Shown piece by piece: positions 52,679-62,660 of a stretch of 64,000 nucleotides of DNA. Position 1 is the stretch's first letter; each line of letters opens with the position of its first letter. The translations under genes were made by a program, and so were the position numbers. The DNA comes from Tetramitus jugosus (Eukaryota > Protista > Heterolobosea), in assembly GCA_937625935.1 (NCBI GenBank), contig OW569347.1:186001-250000 (forward strand), read 5' to 3'. The notes under the pieces were generated by a model, which ran no database searches, was not told the DNA's origin, and saw nothing but the letters and a program-made list of their open reading frames with translations.

Positions 52679-55285
52679 ATGATGCCCGAGACAGTAGTCA
52701 ACATCCGAGAGGCCCACAAGTTCAATATCTCAAAGTTGGAATCCTATCTGAATGACCAACCTGAACACACAAAGAAGTCGTTGTTTCCAAGCAGAGAACA
52801 GGGATCAGCTGCCATCAAGATTATTAGAGTGGATCAGTTCAATAATGGACAATCCAATCCCTCGTTCAAGCTAACGATGATCACACAAGAACAAGAAAAG
52901 CAAGCAAGAGTTGAATCACAGGAAATGATCATCAAAAAGGAATTTGTGCTCAGAAAGAAACCACCTGGTAAATTGTTGCCATCAGCACACATGATCTCCC
53001 GGGAGTACTTGATTATGAAAGTCCTGGGAGAGCAATTCAATTTTCCTGTACCGAAAATGAACCTCTATTGTAGTGATACCAGTGTGATTGGCACAGAGTT
53101 TTACATTATGGAGTTTGTTCATGGAAGAATATACAAGGATGGCACATTTTCTGTTCAGCACGAAGTTGCCAATGATAAGCAGAAAAAAATTGGACCAAGA
53201 GATCGATATGAAATGACCATGAGTTGTGTAGAAACATTGGCAAAGCTGCATTCTATTGATTGGACCAGTGTACCAGAGTTGAGAACAGGACACTTCTCAA
53301 GTGTTTCAAAGATGGACCTGTATGAAAAGTATTATGAGAGACAGATTGAAACATGGACCAGACAATACAGGTCTGCTGAAACAGATATCATTGAAACCAT
53401 GGAGAATCTGATTGAGTGGTTGCCGAAAAATATTCCAGACGAGACGAACATTCGAACCTCTCAATCGATCAAAAAGACGACCAATACCTCGATTGTTCAC
53501 GGAGATTACAAATTTGACAACCTCGTGTTCCATCCAACAGAAAACAGAGTCATCGCTGTTTTGGATTGGGAGTTGGCAACAATTGGAAATCCGATTGGAG
53601 ATATGGCCTATAATTGTATGTTCTATCATTTTCCAAGAGTGGGAGATACATTACCTGGTTTGCGGACAGTTGATCTAGAAACATACGGCATACCTAAGGA
53701 GAACAATTATGTCAGTCGTTACTGTGAGTTGACAGGTATCAGAAAGGATAAGAATGGTAAGATACCAGGATGGAATTTTTATCTCTCATTTGGCATTTTC
53801 AGATTAGCTAGCATCCTACAAGGCGTTTACAAGCGATCATTGTTGGGTAACGCTTCAAGTGCCAATGCAAAGAGCCTGGGGTCCTTAGTGAAAGTACTGG
53901 CAGATCAAGCATGGGCTATTGCATGTAGCACCAACAATGAAAATTTCAATGGAGTTTGTTTTGAGAACAGTGCCAAGGCTAGAGATCTTTTGCACCGAAT
54001 GAACAAGTTCATGGAAGAGCACATCTATCCCGCTGAACGAGTATATCTTGAACAACACTCAAAACTTCCCTCTCGATGGATGATACCACCGGTGGTTGAA
54101 GAATTGAAGAAAAAGGCAAAGGCGGCCGGTTTGTGGAACTTGTTCTTGCTCAATGACCAACATTCTTCTCAGCCTATTAATTGTGTGGAATATGCTGTAC
54201 TAGCTGAGGTAATGGGGCGATCTTTTCTTGCTCCCGAGGTATTCAATTGCAATGCTCCAGACACTGGAAATATGGAAGTTTTGCACAAATTTGGTTCTAG
54301 TGCACAAAAGGAACGATGGCTCAAACCACTACTCAACGGTGAAATTAGAAGTTGTTTCGCAATGACGGAGCCAGCCGTTGCATCATCTGATGCAACTAAT
54401 ATACAAGCAGAGATCAAAAAAACAGATGATGGAAAGTTCTACGTATTGAATGGACTAAAATGGTACATTACTGGTGCTGGAGACCCTCGCTGTAAGATTT
54501 GTATTTTTATGGGAAAGACTGATCCAAAGTGTCCAAACCCATACAAGCAACAAAGCATGATTCTCGTTCCAATGGATACTCCAGGAGTCAAGGTGGTGAA
54601 GCATTTGACAACATTTGGCTTTGATGATGCTCCTTCGGGTCACTGCACAATCAAGTTTACTAATGTTGTTGTTCCTGTTGAGAACCTCATTCTCGGTGAG
54701 GGAAGGGGATTTGAGATTGCGCAGGAAAGACTAGGACCAGGGCGAATTCATCATTGTATGAGAACGATTGGTATGGGAGAGCGTGCATTCGAGCGAATGT
54801 GTGAGCGTGCTCTTTCTAGAAAGACCTTTGGTACTACTCTTTCTGAACATGGCATTATTCAAGAGTATATTGCAGAGTGTAGAATACTATTGGAGCAATC
54901 TCGATTAGTGGTACTGAAATGCGCGTATTTGATTGACAAGTATGGAGCAAAGGGAGCTAGAGAATACATATCACTTATCAAGATTATTGTTCCAAGATCG
55001 ATCCAAAAGCTGATTGATATGGCTATCCAAGTCTACGGTGCCGAGGGTTTGTTGAGCGACGATATCCTCGAGACTGATTTCCCAGCTAACTCTGAAATGG
55101 AAGAGCAAGTCAAGAGAAACAATGGACATGCAATCGTGCCGGATGAAATCCAATTCAGTCTCGCACGAGCATGGGTGGGTATCAGGCAACTTCGTTTTGC
55201 TGATGGACCAGACGAAGTTCACATCAGATCATTGGCTAAATTGCAGTTGTCAAAGTTTAGAAGCACCAACAAGTCCAAATTGTAG
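52679..55285 (+). CDS. ACAD11: ACAD10/11 (IBR3)-type kinase-like plus acyl-CoA dehydrogenase, peroxisomal
   Basis: GQSNPS, LRKKPPGKLLPSAH, HGDYKFDN, LDWEL, FAMTEPAVASSDATN, LGPGRIHHCMR, ADGPDEVH. C-terminal PTS1 SKL. Confidence 0.93.
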   Translation: MMPETVVNIREAHKFNISKLESYLNDQPEHTKKSLFPSREQGSAAIKIIRVDQFNNGQSNPSFKLTMITQEQEKQARVESQEMIIKKEFVLRKKPPGKLLPSAHMISREYLIMKVLGEQFNFPVPKMNLYCSDTSVIGTEFYIMEFVHGRIYKDGTFSVQHEVANDKQKKIGPRDRYEMTMSCVETLAKLHSIDWTSVPELRTGHFSSVSKMDLYEKYYERQIETWTRQYRSAETDIIETMENLIEWLPKNIPDETNIRTSQSIKKTTNTSIVHGDYKFDNLVFHPTENRVIAVLDWELATIGNPIGDMAYNCMFYHFPRVGDTLPGLRTVDLETYGIPKENNYVSRYCELTGIRKDKNGKIPGWNFYLSFGIFRLASILQGVYKRSLLGNASSANAKSLGSLVKVLADQAWAIACSTNNENFNGVCFENSAKARDLLHRMNKFMEEHIYPAERVYLEQHSKLPSRWMIPPVVEELKKKAKAAGLWNLFLLNDQHSSQPINCVEYAVLAEVMGRSFLAPEVFNCNAPDTGNMEVLHKFGSSAQKERWLKPLLNGEIRSCFAMTEPAVASSDATNIQAEIKKTDDGKFYVLNGLKWYITGAGDPRCKICIFMGKTDPKCPNPYKQQSMILVPMDTPGVKVVKHLTTFGFDDAPSGHCTIKFTNVVVPVENLILGEGRGFEIAQERLGPGRIHHCMRTIGMGERAFERMCERALSRKTFGTTLSEHGIIQEYIAECRILLEQSRLVVLKCAYLIDKYGAKGAREYISLIKIIVPRSIQKLIDMAIQVYGAEGLLSDDILETDFPANSEMEEQVKRNNGHAIVPDEIQFSLARAWVGIRQLRFADGPDEVHIRSLAKLQLSKFRSTNKSKL

Positions 55286-55624
55286 ATAGTAAATAATAAT
55301 TAAGTTATTAGTCACAGATTCATTGTTTCGCTCTAGCAGGTCACTTGGAAGAGGTGGCTTGATCAACAATGTCCGACATTGTTGGATAGGAAAAGCACTG
55401 GAGATTCAAACCTCCCGGAATTCAATAGATAACATGAAGGTACTAATTTCCTAATGAAAGACTTATGCAATATTTTAGAGAAAGAAGACAGAATAAGAGA
55501 AAAACGACAGATGATAGATGAATATATATGCCAGTTGACTCCACAGAGCAATACTTCACCTGTTCTTGAAGGCAGTCTTCAGGTAGGCCACCATACTCAC
55601 CTTCTCCGCCTCCCTAAAACACTT

Positions 55625-55638
55625 CTCGCTGTGGACTA
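55625..55638. repeat. Target-site duplication copy 1 (CTCGCTGTGGACTA)
   Basis: Exact match to 55848-55861 and 57190-57203. Directly abuts a T14 run. Confidence 0.9.
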
Positions 55639-55847
55639 TTTTTTTTTTTTTTCCCATACAACAGTTGTTGCCACTTTATTCAATACACTACTATGAGACA
55701 TGTCGTCGCTCAGAACCGCAGGTTCTGAGCTATTGTGCAGGTCTCTTCGCTAGCGAGTCTTTCCAGACTTTGTACATTCGTTTGATGCAAGATCTTTTCA
55801 TTGCATTTACCAATCTTTTCACTTTTGTTTCCCGCTTTTTGCGGCCA
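55639..55847 (-). mobile_element. 5'-truncated non-LTR retrotransposon copy (about 210 bp)
   Basis: Minus strand: frame open from the 5' junction to TAG (38 aa), 10-bp hairpin, AATAAA (55675-55680), GTTGTATGGG plus A14, flanked by TSDs. Confidence 0.8.
55730..55846 (-). pseudogene. Putative C-terminal remnant of a LINE ORF2 (GRKKRETKVKRLVNAMKRSCIKRMYKVWKDSLAKRPAQ*)
   Basis: Reading frame open from the insertion junction to TAG at 55732-55730. Basic helix with a YxVWK motif. ORF2 identity is inferred, not demonstrated. Confidence 0.5.
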
Positions 55848-55861
55848 CTCGCTGTGGACTA
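55847..55861. repeat. Target-site duplication copy 2 (ACTCGCTGTGGACTA)
   Basis: 15-nt exact match to 57189-57203. Abuts T21-CC-T9. Confidence 0.9.
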
Positions 55862-57188
55862 TTTTTTTTTTTTTTTTTTTTTCCTTTTTTTTTCCATACA
55901 ACCATGTGTGCTTGCGCAGCAAGCACACGATTGCTCATTTATTGACTTGTTTTGTGAGTGACGACCCGTAGGGCGTCATTCACTCTTCTTCTCTTGTTGT
56001 CCCCGACGGCGCATCTACAGGTTGGAAGAATCACTCTGGTGAGTGTTTTGGTTGATGCCCTTCATCAAAGAGCGTAACCTTGTAGTAGGACCGTCGATGG
56101 ACACAGAGCCATCTGTTGTTGTTTTCTTGGTTTGGGCCTTGTTGCTCATCAGATCACCCAGTGTGATCCTAGCACTCCTTTTCTTGTTGTCATTGAGTTG
56201 TGGGCTCTGAATCTCCTTTTCGGAGTCATCATCCACATCCACAATGACTGGTTCGTCCTCAGTCAAACCATACCTTTTGCGTGCAGCAGCCAGTGCCAAT
56301 GCAGCAATTTCCTTCTTCACTCTTGCAAACACTGGAGAAGTGGCATTCACTTGCTCCAGGATTTGCCGATTTTCAGCGCTGAGCTGTACAACAGGCACTG
56401 TTGGCAGTGGTGTTGCATTCCTTTGTTCTTCTGCCTCCATTAGATCAGGAGCAGTTCTTTGTGCAACTTCTGGTTCCGGTATCGGAACCGGTTTGTTGCT
56501 CTCTTGACCCTTTGTCTTTGTCAATTCCTTGGTGAGTTCTGTGACCTGTCGACGCAGTGCGTCAACCACCGTCAGCAGCTCCTCGTACATCTTCGTCAAC
56601 CTCTTGTTGACAGCCTTGAGAGGATCATGTGGTCTCTCGACGTATCGAGTGACCGTGGCCTTTACCTTGTTCTCTCCGCTGAGCACTGCTCGTGCATAGG
56701 TTTCATCACCCATGACCACGAAAGCAGTGTCACGCTTCTTGAGCACACTGGCAACCTTCTCAGGCCCCAGTAGCTTCTTGATGTCGTCCACTGACATGTT
56801 CTTCATGCCATGGACGACCACCTTTCTTGTTCAATCAACACTGCGCTTGGGTGCAGCAGTGCTGTTGCCAATCCTCCTCTCTTTGTTGAACAACTCAACA
56901 AAGTCATAGATGCGGTCACCCTTGACCGTCACCCATGCAACAAAGCGTTGCTGACCTTTCCTCTTGATGACCTGGACTCGGTTGAGCCAGTCACCAAACT
57001 CCTCTCCTATCTTTCTTGCCAAAGATGACTGAGAGACACCATTACCGTTGCCAGTAATGACCACCTCTCTGTCACTTGGCCTAGAGCCTTTCCGTGCAGT
57101 GGTCCACACTGCATAACGGCTGTTGCCGTATTCCTTCACCAAATTTGTTGAATCACCAGACATGTGATTCCGTTTTTTTTCTGCGTTT
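55862..57188 (-). mobile_element. 1.33-kb ORF1-only (HAL1-like) non-autonomous retroelement upstream of tRNA-Asn
   Basis: Flanked by a 15-bp TSD. Contains a 25-nt leader, one reading frame, a 3' UTR with hairpins and AATAAA (55938-55943), and ends GTTGTATGG-A9-GG-A21. No RT or endonuclease sequence seen. Confidence 0.85.
56015..57163 (-). CDS. ORF1-like protein (two RRM-like units, coiled coil, helical tail) interrupted by one in-frame TGA at codon 111
   Basis: Track ORFs 56831-57310 and 56015-56821 are in the same frame: ...GTT GAT TGA ACA AGA AAG GTG... (KRSVD*TRKVVVHG). RRM-like starts DREVVITG and TRKVVVHG. Heptads LTKMYEELLTVVDALRRQVTELTKEL. Confidence 0.65.
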
Positions 57189-57203
57189 ACTCGCTGTGGA
57201 CTA
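57189..57203. repeat. Target-site duplication copy 3 (tRNA-proximal)
   Basis: ACTCGCTGTGGACTA, ending 29 nt before the tRNA-Asn first base. Confidence 0.9.
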
Positions 57204-57232
57204 TCAGAATTTGCTATGAAAATAAATATCCA

Positions 57233-57305
57233 TCCTCCATGGCTCAGTTGGTAGAGCGTCAGGCTGTTAACCTGCAGGTCGTTGGTTCGAGCCCAACTGG
57301 AGGAG
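57233..57305 (+). tRNA. tRNA-Asn (GTT)
   Basis: Acceptor TCCTCCA/TGGAGGA, D-stem GCTC/GAGC, anticodon arm TCAGG-CTGTTAA-CCTGC (27:43 is T:C), T-arm GTTGG-TTCGAGC-CCAAC, discriminator G, TTTT downstream. Confidence 0.96.
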
Positions 57306-57374
57306 AACACCTTTTCCTTCCGAAAAGAAAATCAATTTTGCCACAAAAACACAAAACAACCACATTCGAATCAA

Positions 57375-60300
57375 ATGATCAATTGGAGAAAGTTTCAATT
57401 TTTTGACAAGGCCATTGTCAATGATGAGAAGAGTGTTGACTTCTTCAAACAACACGATATCACATGCTGCTCCAGTGGCCGAGGTCAACTCATGTTTGGA
57501 GACAACAAGGGCACCGTTCATGTAATGGATCGATCTCTCAATACACGAAAATGCCTCGTATGTTACACCATCATTACACATTTTTTTTGTTGTAGATGTA
57601 TTGTGTTGACAATGATCATCGTATTCAAAAAAACACAATCACCAGGCACATGAACAAAGAGTGAATCATATTCAACATGTGGCCAGCAAAAACTTTTTGG
57701 TCACAGTGGGTGATGACGGTGGTGAAGCATTCCGTGACTCTCTCAAAATTTTCAACTTGAATCAGTACGATGTGAAGAGCAGTAGCTTTATTATGATGCG
57801 TAATGAACTCGTCTTTCCAAAAACTCAAAAAAATATGGTTGGTCTCGGTAAGGCACTGCACTTGATTGGTGGAGCAGTGAGTGGTGGTGGTGTCAGTGGT
57901 GCAAACGACAGTCAAAATCTGCAGCCATCACCTGTGACTTGCCTACAAGTCAATAGAAATTGTACGGCGATTGCATTGGGATTGGGTGATGGTCATATCA
58001 TACTGTACATGAGTGAGAATATGGATCGACCGAACACGAAAATGATGAGAAGAGTGTTGGAAGGTATAGGTGAAGGTCACGGAAGAATCACTGGACTCAA
58101 ATGGGGACGCTATATGACTCCTCAACAACATCATCAACAACAGCAACAGCAACAGCAAATGATGAATGGTGGTGGTGATGAGTCAATCGGTGCCAATATG
58201 ACTTCGAATAGTAGTCCCATTACAGTTCACTCTCTACACGATGAAGAATGGGAGATTTTGTATGTGACGACAGTGGATCGAGTGTTTAGCTATCGAGTCG
58301 GTAGAAAAGGTCAAGTGGAACCATTGATCGAATTGGATGATACTGGTGGATGTGAGAGTGGTTGTGTGACATTGGGAAATGATGGTGATTTGGTCACGGC
58401 AACAAAGACTGGTGTCTGGTTCTATAAACCAGATGGAAAGGGATCCTGTTTTGCATTTGAGGGTAAAAAGGTGATGGTGGATTGGTTTAGGACATATTTA
58501 GTGGTCGTTAGTTGCGGTATGTGTTCACTTGCTTGATTGTTTGTTTGTCTGTCGGTATATGTGTGTTTGTATGATGTGTATGATATGTGAGAGAGAATGT
58601 GATTGCTGACAGGAAAATTGTTCATTTCCATGTGTGAACAAAATGATGATGGTTGCTGTAGATTTGAACCGAAATAACAACATTCAACAAACGATCAATA
58701 TTTGTGATTTGAAGAACAAATTTATTGCATTTAAATTCTCGAGTGAAAAACTGCAAGTTTCCCACATTTTGCAAGAGTGGGGATCATTATTTATTTTAGC
58801 TTCAGAAGCGAACAGTGACGGCGAGATGCAACAAACTGTGTGTATTGTGGTTGTTTTTTATCTCGTTTGTCGTGCAAATTACTGACATGTCACATTTTTA
58901 GATGTATTTATTAGAAGAGAAGGACACTCAAACAAAACTCGAGATGCTATTCCAAAAGAACTTGTATACGATTGCAATCAGTTTAGTCAACAGTCAGCAA
59001 TTGGATTACAATTATGTGGTGGAGATTTTTAGAAAGTACGGAGATCACTTGTACCAGAAGAAGGACTATGATGGAGCAATGACTCAATATCTGCGAACGA
59101 TTGGAAAATTGGAGCCATCCTATATTATTCGAGAGTTTTTGGACGCGCAAAGAATTACCAATTTGACAACCTATTTGGAAGCATTGCATGAGAAGAACTT
59201 GGCCACATCGGACCACACGACCCTTCTCTTGAATTGCTACACGAAATTAAAGGATGCAAAGAAGGACAAACTTGACAAATTCATTCAGCAGCACTCTAAT
59301 TTGCATTATGATGTTGAGACTGCAATCAAGGTGTGCAGAAGTTCAGGATACAAGGAGCATGCACTGTTGCTAGCAAAAGAACATGGTGAGCATGATTGGT
59401 TCTTGAAAATTACAATCGAAGATTTCCCAGAGGATCAATTCGGAGCCAACTATCGAAGAGCATTGAGACATATTGAGAGTCTGCCGTTTAGTGAAGCTGA
59501 AAAATATATGGCAGAGTACGGTAAAATCCTGGTCACCAAGTTGCCCAAGCACAGTACAAATGTCCTCATCCGTCTCTGTACTGATTATTTCCCAGTTGCT
59601 CAACATGTTACCAACCGTACCATTTATCCAACCGTGGCACAAACAAGAAACGAATTATTGAAGGCAGAAAAGAAGTCCAACGAGTCACACAACATTAGCA
59701 CAACCCACAAATTATCTGGATTGGACTTTTTGCGATTTAGAGGAGGATCGAGTGTCGGCAATGAGAATGCTGCAATCGAGCACAACTCTTCTGCAATTGA
59801 AGATAAGCCATCTGACAAGAGTTCAGCTGAAAACTTTATTCATGCTTTCTCTAGCCAACCATATTGGCTCATGCTATTCCTGGAGAATGTCATTTTGAGA
59901 AACTCTGGATCCAATCAACAAATATCTACAACCGTGTACAACACTGTCATTGAGCTTTATTTGCAATATTTGGATAAGAATGCCGAACAGCATGAAATCT
60001 TGAACAATGTGAATCCGATGGCGCACACCAGCTCCAACGAGTTAACTACCGAGGCACGAGATGAATTGAATTATATTTATGAAATTCAACCACCTAACGA
60101 CCACTATGCTCACTTATCTTACAAGGAACGATGCTTGGAGTTGCTGGAAGATCCAAACTCTAAATTCGATATCGAACACATTCTAGTATTGGTTCAGTCT
60201 CAGAACTTTAAAGAAGGTGTGCTCAAGATGTATGCTAAACTGAGTCTTCACTATGATATCATCCAATACTACATGGATCAAAAAGATTACGAAAATGTGA

Positions 60301-61037
60301 TCAATTCTTGTGCAAACTATGGTCATATGGATCCAAATCTTTGGGTGCAAGCCTTGAACTACTTTGTTAACTTTAAGCATGATGATGCTGATACTGATTT
60401 CAACGAGTATATTTCTCGTGTTCTTCAGAAGATTGAAAAGGAAAACCTATTACCGCCACTGCTCGTCATTCAGATTCTATCCAAGAGTGGATCAACCATT
60501 GAATTACACACGATCCAGGAGTACTTGTGTACAAGAATTGCTCAAGAGCAAATGCTCATGAAAGAAGATGAGGAGAAGATTAAGGAGTTCCAATCCGACA
60601 CAAAAGCCATGAAGAAGGAAGTGTTCAATCTCAAAACAAGCGCAAAGATCTTCCAGTTGACTACATGTAGCTATTGTGGTCAACAATTAGATCTTCCTGC
60701 GATTCATTTCATGTGTGGTCACTCCTATCATCATCGTTGTTGCACGTCCCATGTTGGCGAGGATGATGCAGAGAGCTGTCCAAAGTGTCACAAGAAGAAT
60801 CTCGAAATTTTGCAACGAAAACAGAAGTTTGAGGAAAGTAGTGACCAACACGACGTATTCTTCAAGCAATTGAACAAGACGAGTGATGGATTTAGTGTAG
60901 TTTCTGAGTATCTTGGTAGAAACATGTTCAACTCGCTCAAAGTGGAAGATCTGGATGATCTCATGTCAGAAGGTGATCTGTATAGCGACGAAGAGGACGA
61001 ATATGATGATGACGATGATGAAGAGTATGACGAATAA
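57375..61037 (+). CDS. VPS11: HOPS/CORVET subunit VPS11 (introns 57558-57645, 58517-58661, 58838-58901)
   Basis: WRKFQFFD start, DLKNKFIAF, LEEKDTQTKLEMLFQKNLY, KYGDHLY, FLDAQRI, HTTLLLNCYTKLKD, RING CSYC..LDLPAIHFMCGHSYH. Three frame-consistent GT-AG introns. Confidence 0.95.
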
Positions 61038-61070
61038 ACAACTTTTTGTCGATGTAAAACTGTTGTTGCT

Positions 61071-62273
61071 TCATTTATGCTTTGTTTGCTCTAAATAGTG
61101 AGAAAACGCTCTTTGCTGTTGATTGAGCATCGTCTGAAGTTGTACAAGGGCTCTGTTCGGTGCTTCCTCTGACTCAGTGGCTGATGTGGTGCTTGTCGTA
61201 CTCTTTGGAGGTTGCGGTTTCGTGCTCGTTGTTGTCAGCTTGTTATCATTGACAAGGTCAGGTGTTGGCAATGGAGATATGAGGAGAAAATCATCCATGC
61301 CCAGCGACCTCAGAGGTGTTGGAGTCATAAGGTTGAATGCGTTGCAACTTGTCTCCATGGTGTGACTACTACCACTCTCCTCGGTCGCTTGACTCTCAAA
61401 GTGTGAAGATTGAGGCAATACAGGTGTGAACAGATCGTTGGAGCTGAACCATGAGGAGATGTCCTGTTGTTGAGGTGATGGACTTGCGGAAACTCTGGTA
61501 GCAACCAAATCTGGAGAGTCCATCTTATCAATTCGTATCGCTGTGAGATCTTTCATTGTTTTAGCTCTCTTGGAAGCTCTTGAAGGAGTGTCATTGTTGA
61601 TGTTGATGCTATCCCCAGACGACGACGAAGAACCACTCACGTTCAACTCATTCTTTCTTTTGCGCGACGAAGATGGAGAACCTTTGAATGTCTGTTCTGC
61701 TGCTACTATCGTCTCATTTTGATCTTGCTGTTGAGAGTTGGCGCGCTTCTGGCCTGTAGATCCTTGCGCAATAAAAGGCGCGCTATCAACACGATTGACA
61801 CCTAGGGCTTCTTTCCGTAGCTCTAGAACAGGTTGTTTCTCTTTGAGGTAAATCTGTTTGTTCGTGTCATTTTCGCCTTCTTCTTCTTCGACTGCTTCTT
61901 CCTCATCAAAGTCGTCTTCATCTTGATAATGCACAAAGCTTCTAAACGATTGATACTGCAGCATGATCATCATCATTTGAGACATGGACATTTCTACGTT
62001 TGGGCATTGACCAATCTGAAATTGGCCTTCACATTCAGGCAAGGGTGTGAAATCCATCTGTTGTTGTTGGTAGTGGGAAAAGCTTGGAGCCATGGAACAA
62101 TGGTTGTTGTTATTGTCGTTCTTAGTAGTTTTGGTTTTGTTCTTGCTCTTTGAATGCGAGTGAACTTGAACATCAGATGATGATTGAGATGACGCTTGTT
62201 CACGTGCAGGAACCTTCCTTGTTCGAGGTGGAACTTTTTGATTCTTTTCGATTGGTGTGGGCTTTTTGGTCAT
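61071..62273 (-). CDS. Hypothetical low-complexity (likely disordered, nuclear) protein
   Basis: Long ORF, S/Q/T-rich, NLS-like RKRK and KRAK. Confidence 0.6.
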   Translation of the reverse strand: MTKKPTPIEKNQKVPPRTRKVPAREQASSQSSSDVQVHSHSKSKNKTKTTKNDNNNNHCSMAPSFSHYQQQQMDFTPLPECEGQFQIGQCPNVEMSMSQMMMIMLQYQSFRSFVHYQDEDDFDEEEAVEEEEGENDTNKQIYLKEKQPVLELRKEALGVNRVDSAPFIAQGSTGQKRANSQQQDQNETIVAAEQTFKGSPSSSRKRKNELNVSGSSSSSGDSININNDTPSRASKRAKTMKDLTAIRIDKMDSPDLVATRVSASPSPQQQDISSWFSSNDLFTPVLPQSSHFESQATEESGSSHTMETSCNAFNLMTPTPLRSLGMDDFLLISPLPTPDLVNDNKLTTTSTKPQPPKSTTSTTSATESEEAPNRALVQLQTMLNQQQRAFSHYLEQTKHK

Positions 62274-62660
62274 GTTGGGGAAATGATGAGGTGGTGAATG
62301 GGCCACGTGTACCGAAGAATGGTTGTTGGTTTTGTTTGTTTGTTGGATTGGTTGGTTGTTTTGAAATCGTGTCACTCAATGGAAGAGATGGAAAGGTATT
62401 CTACTCGAGTATCACTAACACAGTGGGTGATGTGATCATGATAGGGGCAAGCGATCGCATTGGAGGCAGGTTATTGTGATCTCTCTGACAATGACCCCCG
62501 CTCCGTTCCATCATCCCTCGACTGCGGCGTAGCATACATACACACCATAAATGGAATAGTACGAACAAGAACAGAAAAACGGATCAGATTACAATTGTGC
62601 TTTAGCGTGATGGTATTTAAGCTTTTACATGAGATTTCACATTGCTGCTACAGATCTCCA

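Noticed and set aside
55060-55160. About 30-aa insertion near the ACAD11 C-terminus as a retained intron
   Set aside because: No consensus donor in a phase compatible with the candidate acceptor. Treated as a coding loop insertion.
55625-57203. CRISPR-like array or LTRs from the three direct repeats
   Set aside because: The repeats are only 14-15 bp, the spacers are about 210 and 1330 bp, and each ends in poly(A). A TSD interpretation fits far better.
57164-57310. N-terminal extension of ORF 56831-57310 across the tRNA
   Set aside because: It is antisense to tRNA-Asn and crosses the TSD. The real start is more plausibly ATG 57163 inside the element.
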